64,000 bases of DNA, taken from the human T2T-CHM13v2.0 reference genome, Homo sapiens. Shown one piece after another: positions 1-19,210 of this stretch. Position numbers and translations under genes: made by a program. Numbering within the stretch: position 1 is the stretch's first letter; each line of letters opens with the position of its first letter. The notes beneath the pieces are model-generated. The model saw nothing but the letters and a program-made list of their open reading frames with translations, was not told where the DNA came from and did no database searches. The stretch is taken from the NCBI RefSeq assembly GCF_009914755.1, contig NC_060938.1; one strand, given 5' to 3'.

Positions 1-915
1 ATAGAGTGCTGTGTTTCATATGCCTACTCCTTGGCATGAACTGTGCAAAGATAAAATATTATAGTACACGTCAATGAAGACAGTTTTGTGAGGGGACAAA
101 AGGAATATAGTCTAAGTTTCCTTGTGGTCTTCGTAATCCAAGGGTAAGATAATGGTTATTTAGAGGATTGGGTGAATTGCATGTGTCTTAGGCAATCCTA
201 AATATAACTTCTCTCAATTGATTGCTTGATAAGAACTAGTTGTGCTCTTAGGCAAGGATCCAGATACCTGGTCTTTTATCTTACTGTTTGAAGATGCGTC
301 TATTAATATATGCTTGGGAAAGCAGGTGGCAGAGGTAACATCTTCTGAAAGCTTTGGCAGCTAAGCAGTATTCTCGCTCTATCATGTGGCATGTTGATTG
401 TCTGCTCCCTGACTCCCATACACAGTTTCCTCTGCCTAGGCACCATCTCCCCACTTTTGCTCCCTCCCTCCCCAATATGCCTATTCCTGTTTGTCCTCAA
501 CCACTTTTCTCCTGTCCAGCCCTACCCTATGTTAATCTGATTTAGATGCTTTTGACTCTGCTCTTTAGAACTCTGTAATTACCTCTATCATGGCTTTTAC
601 AATACTCTAGGATCTTTATGGTTACTTAACTGCTCCCTCTACTAAGCTTGAAATTTCCTGGAATGCGAGGATCAGGTCCAAGTGGACTCTAAAACTCTAG
701 GGTCTAGCATAGTGCCCAGCCTGTAGTAGGGGCTTAAGAAATCCCAATTCAGAAAAGAAAACAAAAAATAATAAGGTGACAAATAAATAACCAAAAATAA
801 AAAAGAAATTCTGATTGAATAGATGAATGAGTAAATTTTCATATTTCTGCCTTTTTTTATTCTTCTACTGACATTTGGAATACCTGCCTACATATGCAAA
901 TTCTTCCTATTCTTA

Positions 916-1201
916 GGCCAAGCTCAGTGGCTCACACCTGTAATCCCAGTACTTTGGGAGGCCGAGGTGGGCAGATCACTGGAGGCCAGGAGTTCAAGAC
1001 CAGCGTGGCCAACATAACGAAACCCTGTCTCTATTAAAAATACAAAAATTAGCTGGGCGTGGTGGCACACGTCTTTAGCACCAGCTACTCGGGTGGCTGA
1101 GGCAGAAGAATTGCTTCAGTCCAGGGAGGCAGAGGTTGCAGTGAGCCAAGATTGTACCACTGCGCTCCAGCCTAGGCGACAGAGGAAGACTGTTTAAAAG
1201 G

Positions 1202-1217
<16 letters not shown>
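916..1217 (+). mobile_element. AluS followed by (AT)n
   Basis: Alu dimer consensus. Confidence 0.92.
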
Positions 1218-1239
<22 letters not shown>

Positions 1240-1262
1240 TTTTATCCCCTAAGGGCCCAGTT

Positions 1263-1293
<31 letters not shown>

Positions 1294-1804
1294 ATTTGTG
1301 TTTTGAGATGAGTCCCGCTCTGTCACTCATTTATCTTGTCGTTTAAAAAATTCCTAGAGACCTACAATTTATATCACAAAGTTTAACACTTCTTCAGATT
1401 TTGTCATCTTTTATCACTGCTTACTTTTTGGGTGAATTGTCTCTTCAATAAGACCATAAACTTTTTGAGGGCAGAATTATATCTGTATGTTTCTTCAATC
1501 CCTAGTAATACCCAAAATGTTTCATTACTTTGTATTGTAGACCCTAAAGAAAAGAACACATACATACATAAAACTTTTCTGAAAAATAGTCCATTTCCTC
1601 TGTTCTCCTGGATTTAAGTCAAATGCCTAACCTCAGAAGATAAAATCTTCTAATGAAGATTTCATAAAAAATGCATTTTATTATTAAACAGTCTTCAAAA
1701 TCAGAATAACCTTCCTTATAAATTACCTGGTATTTCTATCCCATTTCTTGCAACATTGTAAAACTACTTCCTGTAAAATAATGAATGATTGATCACTACT
1801 CTTG

Positions 1805-2107
1805 TTTTTTTTTTTTTTTTTTTTTTGAGACGGAGTCTTGCTCTGTCGCCCAGGCTGGAATGCAATGGCCCAATCTCGGCTCACTGCAAGCTCCGCCTCC
1901 CAGGTTCACGCCATTCTCCTGCCTCAGCCTCCTGAGTAGCTGGGACTACAGGAGCCTGCCACCATGCCTGGCTAATTTTTTGTATTTTCAGTAGAGACGG
2001 AGCTTCACTGTGTTAGCCAGGATGGTCTCGATCTCCTGACCTCGTGATCCGCCCACCTTGGCCTCCCAAAGTGCTGGGATTACAGGCATGAGCCACTGTG
2101 CCCGGCC
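1805..2107 (-). mobile_element. AluY-like
   Basis: gcaagctccgcc/ttcacgccatt diagnostics; TSD gatc(a/g)ctactctt. Confidence 0.92.
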
Positions 2108-2689
2108 GATCGCTACTCTTTAGATAACAACATCTGCTACACATTCCCAACCTTACTATAACTTGTTACATGGTAGATTTCAGTATGAAGATGTTCCATT
2201 TTAGACCACATTCAAGAATCTCATTATAAGGGAACAAAGTTAAAATGAGATTGAATTTATTTGGAAAACATTCGCTTTCAGCTTTTTTTTTCTCCCCTCT
2301 ACATCACCTAACTAACTGGAATTGTTTATTGCACAGATCAGATTTCTCTTTTGAACACTGAACTGTCTTTCTTATCTTCTGAACTCACCATGAATTCTTT
2401 AGGTTCCTCTTAAGTTGTGTAATACCTGAAACTGAACACCACACTCTAATCTGACAGGTGTTGAGTATTGTGTAAAATTTATCATCATGGTTCCGGAGTC
2501 ATATGTTACACTTTAAATGTGCACAGTATTCCCAGAAACAAAACCAAAGTTCTCTCAACCCTTACTTGTTACCTTCCTTACTTCTTTTTGCTTCACAGGG
2601 CCATGCAGCATTACCACTGCTGTTGTCAGTAACAATACCTAAGTTTTGTAAGAATTCCAGAATGCAGGGTGGAAAGATCATAACTGTGA

Positions 2690-2830
2690 AGTTAGACTGA
2701 CCTGTGTGGGCCCTGTCACTGTCCAGTTGGCAACTTTAGGCTAATCACTTAACCTCTTTCAGCCTCAGTTTCCTCATCTATACAATAAGCATAAAAATAT
2801 CAATCTTGCAGGATTGGGATATGAAGATGA
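2690..2830 (+). mobile_element. MIR (others at ~4440-4580, 16370-16500, 25720-25890, 54880-55050, 62700-62900)
   Basis: MIR core cacttaacctct..agcctcagtttcctcatcta. Confidence 0.65.
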
Positions 2831-2849
2831 TAGATTGCCTCAATAGCAA

Positions 2850-4400
2850 CAGCAAAAATTCCTGTATAAAAATGGGTTAGAATAGACATTCAAAGAAGAT
2901 ATGCAAATAACTAATAGGCACATGAAAAGATGCTCAACATTGCTAATCATAAGAGAAATGCAAATCAGAACCCATGGTGAGATACCACCTCACACCTTTA
3001 GGATGGCTACTATTAAAAAAGCAAAAAATAAGTCGGACATGGTGGCTCCTGCCTGTAATCCTAGCACTTTGGGAGGCCAAGGCAAGAGGATCACTGGAGG
3101 CCAGAAGTTCAAGACCAACCTGGGCAACACAGTGAAACACCGTCTCTACAGACAATAAAAACAATTAGACAGGCATGGTTGCACACACCTGTAGTCCCAG
3201 CTTCTTGGGAGACAGAGGCAGGATTGCTTAAGCCCAGAAATTCAAGGCTGCAGTGAGATATGATCGGGCTGCTGTACTCCAGCCTGGGTGACAGAGCAAG
3301 ACTGTCACAAGAAACAGAGAGATAGAGAGGGATGAGGGGAGGAGAGGGAGGGGAAAGGGAAGAAGGAAAGAAGGGAAGGAAGGGAGGGAGGGAGGGAAGA
3401 AGGGAAGGGAGGACTAAAAACTAACAAGTACTGGGGAAGATGTGGAGAAATTGGAACCCCGGTGTACTGTTGGGAATGGAAGATGGTGCAGCTACTATGA
3501 AAAACACTATGGTGGTTCCTCAAACAATTAAACATAGAATTACTGGCCAGGTGCAGTGGCTCACACCTGTAATCCCAGCACTTTGGGAGGCTGAGGCAGG
3601 AAGACTACTTGAGGCCAGGAGTTCAAGACCAGCCTGGGCAACATAAGGAAACCCTGGTTCTACGAAAAATAAAGTAGCCAGGCACAGTGGCACATGCCTA
3701 TAGTTCTAACTACTTGGGAGACTGAGGTGGGAGGATCACTTGAGCTGGGAGGTCGAGGCTGCCATGATCCATGATCACACCAGGGCACTCCAGCCTCGGT
3801 GACAGAGCGAGACTCTGTCTCAAAAAAACAAAAAAATTGAATTACCATATGATCCAGCAATTTCATTCTGTGTGCGTATGCCCAAAAGAATTGAAAGCAG
3901 AGACAGAAACAGATATTTGTATCCTCCTAACAGCATTATTCACAGTAATCAAAAGACAGAAGCATCCCAAGTGTCCGTCGGCAGATGAATGAGTCAACAA
4001 AATGTGGTCTATGTATTCAGTGAAATACTATTCAGCCTTCAAAATAAAGGAAATTCTGCAATAAGCTACAGCATGGAACTTTCAGGACGTTATGCTAAGT
4101 GAAATGAGCCAATCACAAAAAGACAAGTACTATATGATTCCACTTATACAAGGTACCTAAAGTAGTCAGAATCGGAAAGGTAGAAAGTAGAATGGTGGTC
4201 AGCAGGGGGTGGGGAGAGAGGGGAATAGGATGTTTTTGTTTAATGGGCACAGAGTTGCAGTTTTGCAGGATGCAGAGTTCTGGAGCTGAATGATGGGATG
4301 GTCGTGCAGCGTGAATGCACTTAATGCCACTGAACTGTACACTTGAAATTGTTAGGATGGTAAAGTTTATGTTACATGTATTTTGCCACAATTTTTAAAG
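2850..4400 (+). mobile_element. L1MB-like 3' end interrupted by two AluJ-like elements (~3031-3310, 3545-3836)
   Basis: [18 protein letters not shown]2 C-terminal motif and L1M 3' UTR. Confidence 0.8.
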
Positions 4401-5034
4401 AAAGATTATAGATTGTGTATGTATTATACCCCAGATTAGGTGTTTTTGTTTTCTCGATTTTGCATTTGAGGAAACTAAGGCTGAGAGAAGTTAAGTAGCT
4501 TGTCCAAGCCACACGGTCAATGATGGAGCTGAAATTCACACCCAAGCAGTTTTTTTCTAGAAGCTGCTGAACTGCTTCTTCATCTGAAAACTCGGCCCGT
4601 CAAGGTGATTTCATTTTATCAGCTTCCTTTCCTAATGGAGCTAAGCGGCTGGTGATCAGGCCCTGTGGCCTCCGCCTCCCTGCAGTGTCTGGTTGTTATC
4701 TCAAATGGCTCATTAGGGGGATGCCTGGCAGTAGGGGGGCATGTGTAGTTTAGGCTGGCTGTCTCTTTATCCAGCCATTTAACTTTCTCTTATTTAGATG
4801 GAGCCAGACCTGGAGAGGGAGGATAAGGAGCAAGGTGGGCCTTCTGCCTCTACTCCCCTGGGTGGGGGTGATCTGGGATCTTTCCCACATGCCCGAACCG
4901 CCTTCGAAGGGACAGCAGTTCTGGTTGGCAGAGGAAACATGGATGTAGATGAAGCTCTGCAGCAGAGGGTGGAGCTGAAGTGAGGAGGTAGGAGGTGGGG
5001 GAAAAGCCGAGAGGGCTTGGGAATCACCCCTGGA

Positions 5035-5520
5035 TTAGTTAAGAGAGCATTCCCTGCAGGTAACAGAAACTCCGAGAAATCAGTGGCAGGGTAAGTAAGG
5101 GATTTATTTTTCTCACATGTCAAAAAGTCTGGAGACAGGAGGTCCAGGGCTAGTGCTGCTCTTCAGAGACATAACTGAGGAGCCAGGCTGCTCTCTTTCT
5201 GCTCTACTAACTCTAATGCATTGGCTTTCATTTTGCTGGTCATAAGATGGTTTCTGTTCCTACCGGCATTGTGTCCATGTTTCAGTGAGAAGAGGGGGAA
5301 GGGCAAAAGACAGATGCCAGGTCAATCTGTCCCCCTTTCAAAAACACTTTCTTGGAAGCCCAGCAGTTCTAACTACCATATCATTGGCCAACACTGGCTC
5401 CCTTGCCTACTTCTCCTTAGCAACAGAGGTGTCTAGAGAGGTGGTCTTTTAGCTGGGCACATTGCCTTCCCAGTCAGATCTGGGCTCTTTTATTGAGGAA
5501 GAAGGGGGGATGGCTAATGA
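5035..5520 (-). mobile_element. Old MLT1 (J/K-like) LTR
   Basis: gtaacagaaac..atttattttttctcacat..aagtctggag..ggtccagggct-like motif. Confidence 0.55.
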
Positions 5521-6105
5521 TATACATCTACTGGTTTCAATCACAGCACATTTTCTTTCCAGAGACTCCACCCCTGCTGGAGGAACTTCATCACACTTCT
5601 GCAGCCCCTCTACCACCAGCTTCTTGACTGCTATAAATAGATACGTTGTTCCTTGACCCAAATTTGCCCCAGTCCTGTCTACTAGTACATGGAGTTGGGG
5701 GTCCCTATTACCTTTCAGTTACAGTAACACATGAGAGCCCTCATGTTTCTGGAAGTGTTTAAAAGGTCACCGTAAATGAGGAAGATGGAAAAAATGAGCC
5801 ATAGAGAAAAAAAGTACCCTATAAATATACTTATTAAAATTATAAATTTGCTCTGAGTACAATATAAAATTATGATATATCACATTCATTCACATAAATT
5901 ATTTACTATTTGATTATCCTTCAGCTGAATAATGACTATGTATACTCTTAAATTATGGAGATTAATATTGTTATAACTTTAATTTTATTATGATAGTAAA
6001 TTCTGTTCACGAATGTTGTCTTCCTAAGATTTGCTCACAGTATAGCTGCTTTAAACACTGAGACAAGTTATTAATGATTCCTGTTTCATTTAAAGAAAAG
6101 CTTCT

Positions 6106-6544
<439 letters not shown>

Positions 6545-6564
6545 TTAAAAAAGGATTTTAATCT

Positions 6565-7450
<886 letters not shown>

Positions 7451-7989
7451 AACCCAATTTTTTTTTAAATTTAAGTTCTAGGGTACAAGTGCACAACGTG
7501 TAGGTTTGATACATAGGTATACATGTGCCATGTTGGTTTGCTGCACCCATCATATTTCTCCTAATGCTATTCCTCCCCCAGTTCCCCACCCCTCGACAGG
7601 CCCTGGTGTGTGATGTTCCCCTCGACCCCTGTGTCCAAGTGTTCTCATTGTTCAGTTCCCACCTGTGAATGAGAACATGCGGTGTTTGGTTTTCTGCTTT
7701 GTGATAGTTTGCTGAGAATGATGATTTCTAGCTTCATCCATGTCCCTGCAAAGGACATGAACTCATCCTTTTTTATGGCTGCATAGTATTCCACGGTGTA
7801 AATGTGCTGCATTTTCTTAATCCAGTTCTGTCACTGATGGACATTTGGGTTGGTCCAAGTCTTTGCTGTTGTGAATAGTGCTGCAGTAAACATACAAGTG
7901 CATGTGTCTTTATAGTAGCATGATTTATAATCCTTTGGGTATATACCCAGTAATGGGATCGCTGGATCAAATGGTAATTCTAGTTCTAG

Positions 7990-11447
<3,458 letters not shown>

Positions 11448-11476
11448 TATGATGTTAGCTGGTTATTTTGCCTGTT

Positions 11477-13300
11477 TTTTTTTTTTTATTGATCATTCTT
11501 GGGTGTTTCTCGCAGAGGGGGAGTTGGCAGGGTCATAGGACAATAGTGGAGGGAAGGTCAGCAGATAAACAAGTGAACAAAGGTCTCTGGTTTTCCTAGG
11601 CAGAGGACCCTGCGGCCTTCCGCAGTGTTTGTGTCCCTGGGTACTTGAGATTAGGGAGTGGTGATGATTCTTAATGAGCATGCTGCCTTCAAGCATCTGT
11701 TTAACAAAGCACATCTTGCACCACCCTTAATCCATTTAACCCTGAGTGGACACAGCACATGTTTCAGAGAGCACAGGGTTGGGGGTAAGGTCACCGATCA
11801 ACAGGATCCCAAGGCAGAAGAATTTTTTTTGGTACAGAACAAAATGAAAAGTCTCCCATGACTACTTCCCTCTACACAGACACGGCAACCATCCGACCTC
11901 TCAATCTTTTCCCCATCCTTCCCCCCTTTCTATTCCACAAAACCGCCATTGTCATCCCGGCCCGCTCTCAATGAGCTGCTGGGTACACCTCCCAGACCGG
12001 GTGGTGGCCGGGCAGAGGAGCTCCCCACATCCCAGTAGGGGCGGCCGGGCAGAGGCGCCCCTCACCTCCCGGATGGGGCGGCTGGTCGGGCGGGGGGCTG
12101 ACCCCCCCACCTCCCTCCTGGACGGGGCGGCTGGCCAGGCGGAGGGCCGACCCCCCCACCTCACTCCCGGACGGGGCGGCAGGCCGGGCAGAGGGGCTCC
12201 TCACTTCCCAGTAGGGGCGGCCGGGCAGAGGCGCCCCTCACCTCCAGGATGGGGCGGCTGGTCGGGCGGGGGGCTGACCCCCCAACCTCCCTCCCGGACG
12301 GGGCGGCTGGCCGGGCGGGTGGCTGACCCCCCCACCTCCCTCCCGGACGGGGCGGCTGGCCTGGCGGGGGCTGACCCCCCCACCTCCCTCCCGGACGGGG
12401 CGGCTGGCCTGGCGGGGGCTGACCCCCACCTCCCTCCCGGACGGGGTGGCTGCCGGGCGGAGGGGCTCCTCACTTCTCAGACGGGGCGGTTGCCAGGTGG
12501 AGGGTCTCCTCACTTCTCAGATGGGGCGGCCTGGCAGAGACGCTCCTCACCTCCGAGACGGGGTCGCGACCGGGCAGAGGCGCTCCTCACATCCCAGACG
12601 GGGCGGCGGGGCAGAGGCGCTCCTCACATCCCAGACGGGGCGGCGGGGCAGAGGCGCTCCCCACATCTCAGGCGATGGGCGGCCGGGCAGAGACGCTCCT
12701 CACTTCCTAGATGGGATGGCGGCTGGGCAGAGACGCTCCTCACTTTCCAGACTGGGCAGCCAGGCAGAGGGTCTCCTCACGTCCCAGACGATGGGCGGCC
12801 AGGCAGAGACGCTCCTCACTTCCCAGACGGGCTGGGGGCCCGGCAGAGGCTGCAATCTCGGCACTTTGGGAGGCCAAGGCAGGCGGCTCGGAGGTGGAGG
12901 TTGTAGCAAGCCGAGATCACGCCACTGCACTCCAGCCTGGGCACCATTGAGCACTGAGTGAACCAGACTCCGTCTGCAATCCCGGCACCTCGGGAGGCCG
13001 AGGCTGGCGGATCACTCGCGGTTAGGAGCTGGAGACCAGCCCGGCCAACACAGCGAAACCCGTCTCCACCAAAAAAGTACGAAAACCAGTCAGGCGTGGC
13101 GGCGCGCACCTGTAATCGCAGGCACTTGGCAGGCTGAGGCAGGAGAATCAGGCAGGGAGGTTGCAGTGAGCCGAGATGGCGGCAGTATAGTCCAGCTTCG
13201 CCTTGGCATCAGAGGGAGACCGGGGAAAGAGAGGGAGAGGGAGACCGTGGGCCGTGGGCCGTGGGCCGTGGGGAGAGGGAGAGGGAGAGGGAGAGGGAGA
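11477..13300 (-). mobile_element. Full-length SVA (probably SVA_C/D-like): hexamer 13273-13300, Alu-like ~12850-13245, VNTR ~11985-12850, SINE-R ~11488-11985, poly(A)
   Basis: (CCCTCT)n head, GC-rich VNTR, HERV-K-derived SINE-R (ORF ..ARNTQE), AATAAA then poly(A) on - strand. Confidence 0.96.
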
Positions 13301-13302
13301 AC

Positions 13303-13338
13303 TTGTCTATGTATTTTAAAGACTAGGATTGCAACCCC

Positions 13339-13373
<35 letters not shown>

Positions 13374-13604
13374 TTCCATTTGCCTGGTAGATCTTCGTCC
13401 ATCCCTTTGTTTTGAGCCTATGTGTGTCTCTGCACGTGAGATGGGTCTCCTTAATACAGCACACTGATGGGTCTTGACTCTTTATCCAATTTGCCAGTTC
13501 GTGTCTTTTAATTGGGGCATTTAGCCCATTTACATTTAAGGTTAATATTGTTACGTGTGAATTTGATCCTGTCATTATGATGTTAGCTGGTTATTTTGCC
13601 TCTT
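13303..13604. repeat. Direct repeat copy B (302 bp) flanking SVA
   Basis: See copy A; both carry the L1 ORF2 start (ORFs beginning at 11447 and 13575). Confidence 0.95.
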
Positions 13605-13676
13605 AATTGATGCAGTTTCTTCATAGCATCAATGGTCTTTACAATTTGGCATGTTTTTGCAGTGGCTGGTACCAAC

Positions 13677-14645
13677 AACCCAATTTTTTAAACAGGCAAA
13701 GGATTTGAATAGACATTTCTCCAAAAAAGATATACAAATGACCAATGAAAAGATGCATCATTAGTCATTAGAGAAATACAGATCAAAACCACAGTAAATG
13801 CCACATCACACCACTAGGATGACTGTAATCAAAAGACAGGTAATAACAAGTGGAGATGAGGATGTGGAGAAATTGGAATCCTTATACACTGCTGGTGGAA
13901 ATGTAAAATGGCGCAGCTGGTTTAGAAAACAGTTTGGCAGTTCCTGAAACAGTTAAACATAGAGTTACCATATGACCTTACAGTTCCACTCCTAAATATA
14001 CATTTAGGAGAAATGAAAACATATGTCCACATAAATGTTTGTATACGAGGGTTCATAGCAACATTATTCATAATAGCCAAAAATGTGGAAACAACCTAAA
14101 TGTTAGCCAGAAAATGAAGTGATAAACAAAATGCAGTGTATATATACAGATTGCCTAGGAACTGGGGCTGGCGGGGGCCGAGAAATGGGGAGTGACTGCT
14201 AATGGCATTGGGTTTCTTTTTGGAGTAATGAAAATGTTCTAAAATGAGATTGTGGTAATGGTTACCCCATTTTGTGTTTGTGTTTTTGTTTTTGTTTTAA
14301 TTTTTGTGGGTACATAGTAGGTGTATGTGTTTATGGGGTACATGAGATGCTTTGATACAGGCATGCAATGTGAAATAAGCACATCATGGAGAATGGGGTA
14401 GCCATCTTCTCAAGCATTTATTCTTTGAGTTACAAAACAATCCAATTATACTATTTTATAACATACAATTAAGTTATTGTTAACTATAACCACCCTATTG
14501 TGCTATCAAATAGTAGGTCTTATTCTATTTATTTTTTACCCATTAACCATCCCCCCGTTTTGTGTATACAATAAAAACCACCGAACTGTATACTTTAAAT
14601 GAGTGAATTTTATTAATATGTGAAATATATCACAATAAATCTGAA
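13677..14645 (+). mobile_element. Old L1M 3' end (right portion) with nested L1MA 3'-end fragment (-) at ~14280-14552
   Basis: aatagacatttctccaaaaaagatatacaaatg...; nested piece flanked by cccc(a/g)ttttgtgt. Confidence 0.75.
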
Positions 14646-15528
14646 AGAATCAATAGTTAATATTTAGAAAGTAAGAGGAAAAAAAAGCCCTTCAACATAA
14701 GCAAATTGTCTTCACATCTTAGATGGACAAATTGTTGATCAATACGTATTTAGTGTGTCCTGTTCATTCGTCCAACAAATAATTTGACTGCCTCCCGTGT
14801 GTGAAGTGTGTTCTAAGGTCTTAGGCAGAAAGATGTCTGGGCTCTGCTCTGCCCCTGCTGTTTTATCCTCCCAGGAAAGGTGGTGTGCCTAGGGGACAGC
14901 AGCTGTCCCTGGGCCTGGCCTCACTCTCTTTTTCCCTGTTTGGAAAGGTGTCAGGCTCCCGAGTATTTCTGTTGCTTTCGTCAGCACAGAGCAAGGAGGA
15001 CCTTGACTATAGTTTCACAGCCTTAAGCTTCACCTCATGCTTCAAATCCACGAAAGAGCAGCTGAGAATGGGGCTAGCTGTGCCACCAATTGCTTCTCTC
15101 CCATTGTTAATCCCTTTAATTCTGCTGTTCCTAGGCACCCCTCCCTGACACCATCCTGTTGCCCACTTGTGATGTGATTGAACAAGTGGTTTGGCCTTTG
15201 AAAGGTGATTCTTAGAGATACCTCAAGTGACCCAGCCCCTGGTTTGCTGGGATGCTCTTGGTGTTCGTTTCCATGGAGCACCAGAGATTGTCTGTAGGCG
15301 AAACCCTTTCCAACCAAACCCAACTCAAAAAGGAGGTAACTGCCACTGACCTCCTCTGAGATCCTGGCCTAGCCGCCAGGGTCATTAGGGAAAGCAGCAT
15401 TTCATTGCTTAGCAAAGATAGTGAGAAAGCTCCAGTTCTTTTTGGCTCAAACAGAAGAGTTTATGTCCTGACACCTGAGTTATTAAATTATGGCACAGCT
15501 AGCTCTGTGATGAATGAATGACAAAAAC

Positions 15529-15554
15529 ATATATATATATATATATATATATAT
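15529..15554. repeat. (AT)n microsatellite
   Basis: Directly visible. Confidence 0.9.
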
Positions 15555-16594
15555 CACTGTATTTCTGCTTTACTCTATCATTTCCTGGGCAAAATGTTAT
15601 TTTATTTATAAAATTCATCCATCTCTTTCACAAACCTCAGCTTTTATGGCAAAACACACAGACACGCACTGAGCCACTTTTCAGCCTATATGTACTCTTT
15701 TCAGAGAGCATTAGAATTAAACTAATTAGAATTCCTCCCTCCCTCCCCTGAGATTGATGTATTTCTCAGCATTCTACGATGCTTATTACACTAAAAAAAA
15801 GACAACTTCCTAATGGCGTGAGGACAGAGAAAGTGGCATGTGTGTTGGGGGTAAAAGGGAATATTCGAGCATTAACCTGCCTGGTGATCGCAGGGCACAA
15901 GGAAAGCCTCTTCTGTCCTGGGCTGTCCCCTTAGTTGTGATAGGAAGGGGAGTAGCAGGAAATGGAATCTGCCCTGGTCATGGGATTTTTTGAAAGAAAC
16001 AAAGCATGATCTGATGAAGAGCAGGTTAATCCTGCTATTTCATTTCCCTTGCAGAAAGGGTGGGGGCAGGATTGTGATATGAAGTATTTAGTTTCACATC
16101 TGTTCCAGGAATTATCCTCGGCATAAATCCATTTTTCTTTTAAGCATCGTAAAGCATCCCAGGGAGCTCCTCCTCCTGCCCACCCTCCCCACCCCCACAG
16201 TTTATTTCGTGGCCACGGAGCAGCTGACATACTTCCAGAGAGATCATCTTGTCATTGTACACAAGGAGGGAATCTCTGAGTCTTAGAAGTCAGAATTTCT
16301 GTGGATCAGTGGTATCAATTTTGTGTACTGCTTTCCATGAAGTGTTTAGAATAAAACTAATTAGCATAGCAGCAGCGTAGTATAATGAAAAGAGCTCTCA
16401 ATTTAAAATTAGAACTGATTCTCATCTCAGCTTTGCTACCATTTGTGTGAATTTGGGCAAGTCACCAAACCTCTTTGGTCTCAGGGTCCTCATGGTTTCC
16501 CAAAATGTGTTCACAAAATACAAGTCTTCACAGTCAAATAAGTTTGACAAATGCTATTTACCCTATGCCACTTCTTAGAGTTGTAATATATTAA

Positions 16595-16978
<384 letters not shown>

Positions 16979-17510
16979 TGACCTGGAACCATTTTTCCTA
17001 TAATGCTGATTAGTATCTCGTCACTTTGAGAAAGGAGGTTCAAGTCCAAATTGCTGGTAATCTATATAATCTGTCACACGTCATGGTTACCAAACTCAGT
17101 TTAAAGTAACTTTTCAAACTTCAAATCTCATTATTTGGAAAAATAAAAATAATTTTATATATGGCAAGGGGACTTCTAATTTAAAAAACTGAACGTAAGC
17201 ACCAAAGCAATTAAGCAGACCAGTACAGACTTGTAACTAGAGTTGCGACAAAGTTTCTTTGACTTCTGTTTTCTATTCCCACCTTTCAGATGTTTGGTGT
17301 TCTCCTGTGGCCTTGCTTGTATGGTCTATTAATTATTCTTTGAATAACTAATTATGCTCAGCACAATACTAGGTGCATGTAAAGAATAACAAATCCAAAG
17401 ATCCTAACCTATAATGTAGAGAATGAACACATACAAGGTAAAACAGAATTTCAAATTGTAGAGTAAGGCAAAAGAATGATTACAAATTCATATGTTGACA
17501 GATACTAGCA

Positions 17511-17746
17511 CAGGTTGAGTATACCTAATCTACAAATGCAAAATCTGAAATACTCAAAAATCCAAAACTGTTTGAGTGCTAACGTGACACTCAAAGGAAA
17601 TGCACATTGGAGCATTTTGGATTTTGGATTTTCAGATTAGGGATGTTCAACCAGTAAGTATAATGCAAATATTCTAAAATCTGAAAAAAATCAAAATCTA
17701 AAACACTTCTAGTCACAAGCATTTTGAATAAAGGATAATCAGCCTG
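17511..17746 (-). mobile_element. Tigger4a-like (TcMar) MITE
   Basis: TIRs caggttgagtat.. / ..ataatcagcctg|TA; 236 bp. Confidence 0.75.
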
Positions 17747-18199
17747 TATATATTATTAATTAAATATCTACTGACGTTTCTTGCAGAGAACAAGAAATTC
17801 ACGGAACAAGTGTATCAGAGGTCAAGTGGGAGATAAGTGACGGGGGGAAATGCAAAAATAGGATTAGGCAAAGAAAGCACTTTTATGGTTCTGAGAGAAA
17901 GAAGCGATTTCACCTGGTATAAATATTGAGGCTAAGATTAAGTTCTAAGATCAACCTTAGCCGGACAATCCTAACATCATTTAAAAGTCTGGCTATGATA
18001 AATCTTTTGAGAAATCAGTAAGGGCAGTTTATTTAATCACTCAGCTTAGAGAAATATCATCCATATATTTAGAGTGTTGGTCTTTAACAACACTGAGTTT
18101 TTGGGAATGTTGGCTTTCCCTTTCTACCGCTCTAGCTGTTCCTTCTTCCTGATAAAGCTCCCCATCCTTGCTTGCTTGTTAATTTTCATATTATTCTCT

Positions 18200-19210
18200 A
18201 AGATCCTGTCCTTGATCTGCTCCCGTAGTTTCAGCTGACCTCCATCTAGGACAATTCCAAACCTGTTCCTCCAGCCAAGACTGTCACATATGGCTTCAAA
18301 GATTTGTTGTGCCCAGCACAATTCTGGGGCACCATACACACCAAACATGAACATAAGTAGTACTTCTCCTGCTCACACGTCTCTTTGGATCCATGTTCCC
18401 CAGCCACCTCTAGACGTGTCTCCTGAAGGGATCACTGGCATCTCAGGTGTAACACATCCAGAACTGACCTTATCATCCTCTCAAGACACACCCCTCCTCT
18501 GGTCCCTCCTGTTCACCTTCATTAGAGGTAAAGCCAGAAACTGAGAGGCATGTGAGCTCCTCCCCTCAGTCCGCATATTTGATTATCATTATTATACTTT
18601 TCCCTTTAAATATCCCTCAGTTAACAACTTAACAAGTCCAATTTCATTCATATCCACTGCCTTAATTCAAACACATAACACTTTCTGTTTGAATTACTAC
18701 AGTGTTTTCCAGACGGATCTCTTCATCCTAAGTTGTATCCTGCCTTTATCCTCCACACTGCTCTAAAAGTGGTCTTTTAGAAACAATTATGACTATGATG
18801 CTTCCCCACTAAAAAGTCTTCAGAAGCTCCCTTTAAAGTGCAAACTCTGTAAGTGGATTGCCAAAGCCAGTCATGGTTTGCTCATTAAAGACCACTCCCC
18901 AGCCACTCCCTCAACACATAGGTTTAAATTCCAGTCATTCTAAAGTACTTGCCATGCTATCCCAAACTTCTTCACCATTGCACAAGATGTTTCCTCTTCC
19001 TAGAAATCCCATCCCTTACTATCAACTCCTGTAGCACCCTTTGCCTTCCATTGTAACAGAATTTGCTACAATGTTTTATTTTATTTTACTTATTGCCCTC
19101 TACCACTAGATTATTAAGTCCCAAAAGGATTGGGGATTATGTCATTCACCTCTGTATCACCAGTGCTTTTCATAGTACTGGGCATATAGTAGGTATTCAA
19201 TACATAAATA
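18200..19210 (-). mobile_element. L2 fragments (further L2 at ~440-840, 33755-34330, 56900-58180, 59290-60000)
   Basis: L2 end motifs such as ctgggcatatagtaggtattcaatacat and cattcattcatttatcaa; strand assignment uncertain. Confidence 0.55.

Noticed and set aside
11971-12961. 311-aa and 171-aa GC-rich ORFs
   Set aside because: Stop-poor frames through the SVA VNTR; repetitive, typical SVA artefact.
13090-13575. 161-aa ORF fusing the L1 endonuclease N-terminus to SVA hexamer/Alu-like sequence
   Set aside because: Chance product of the insertion junction; the host L1 is 5'-truncated with no promoter and the EN domain is incomplete.
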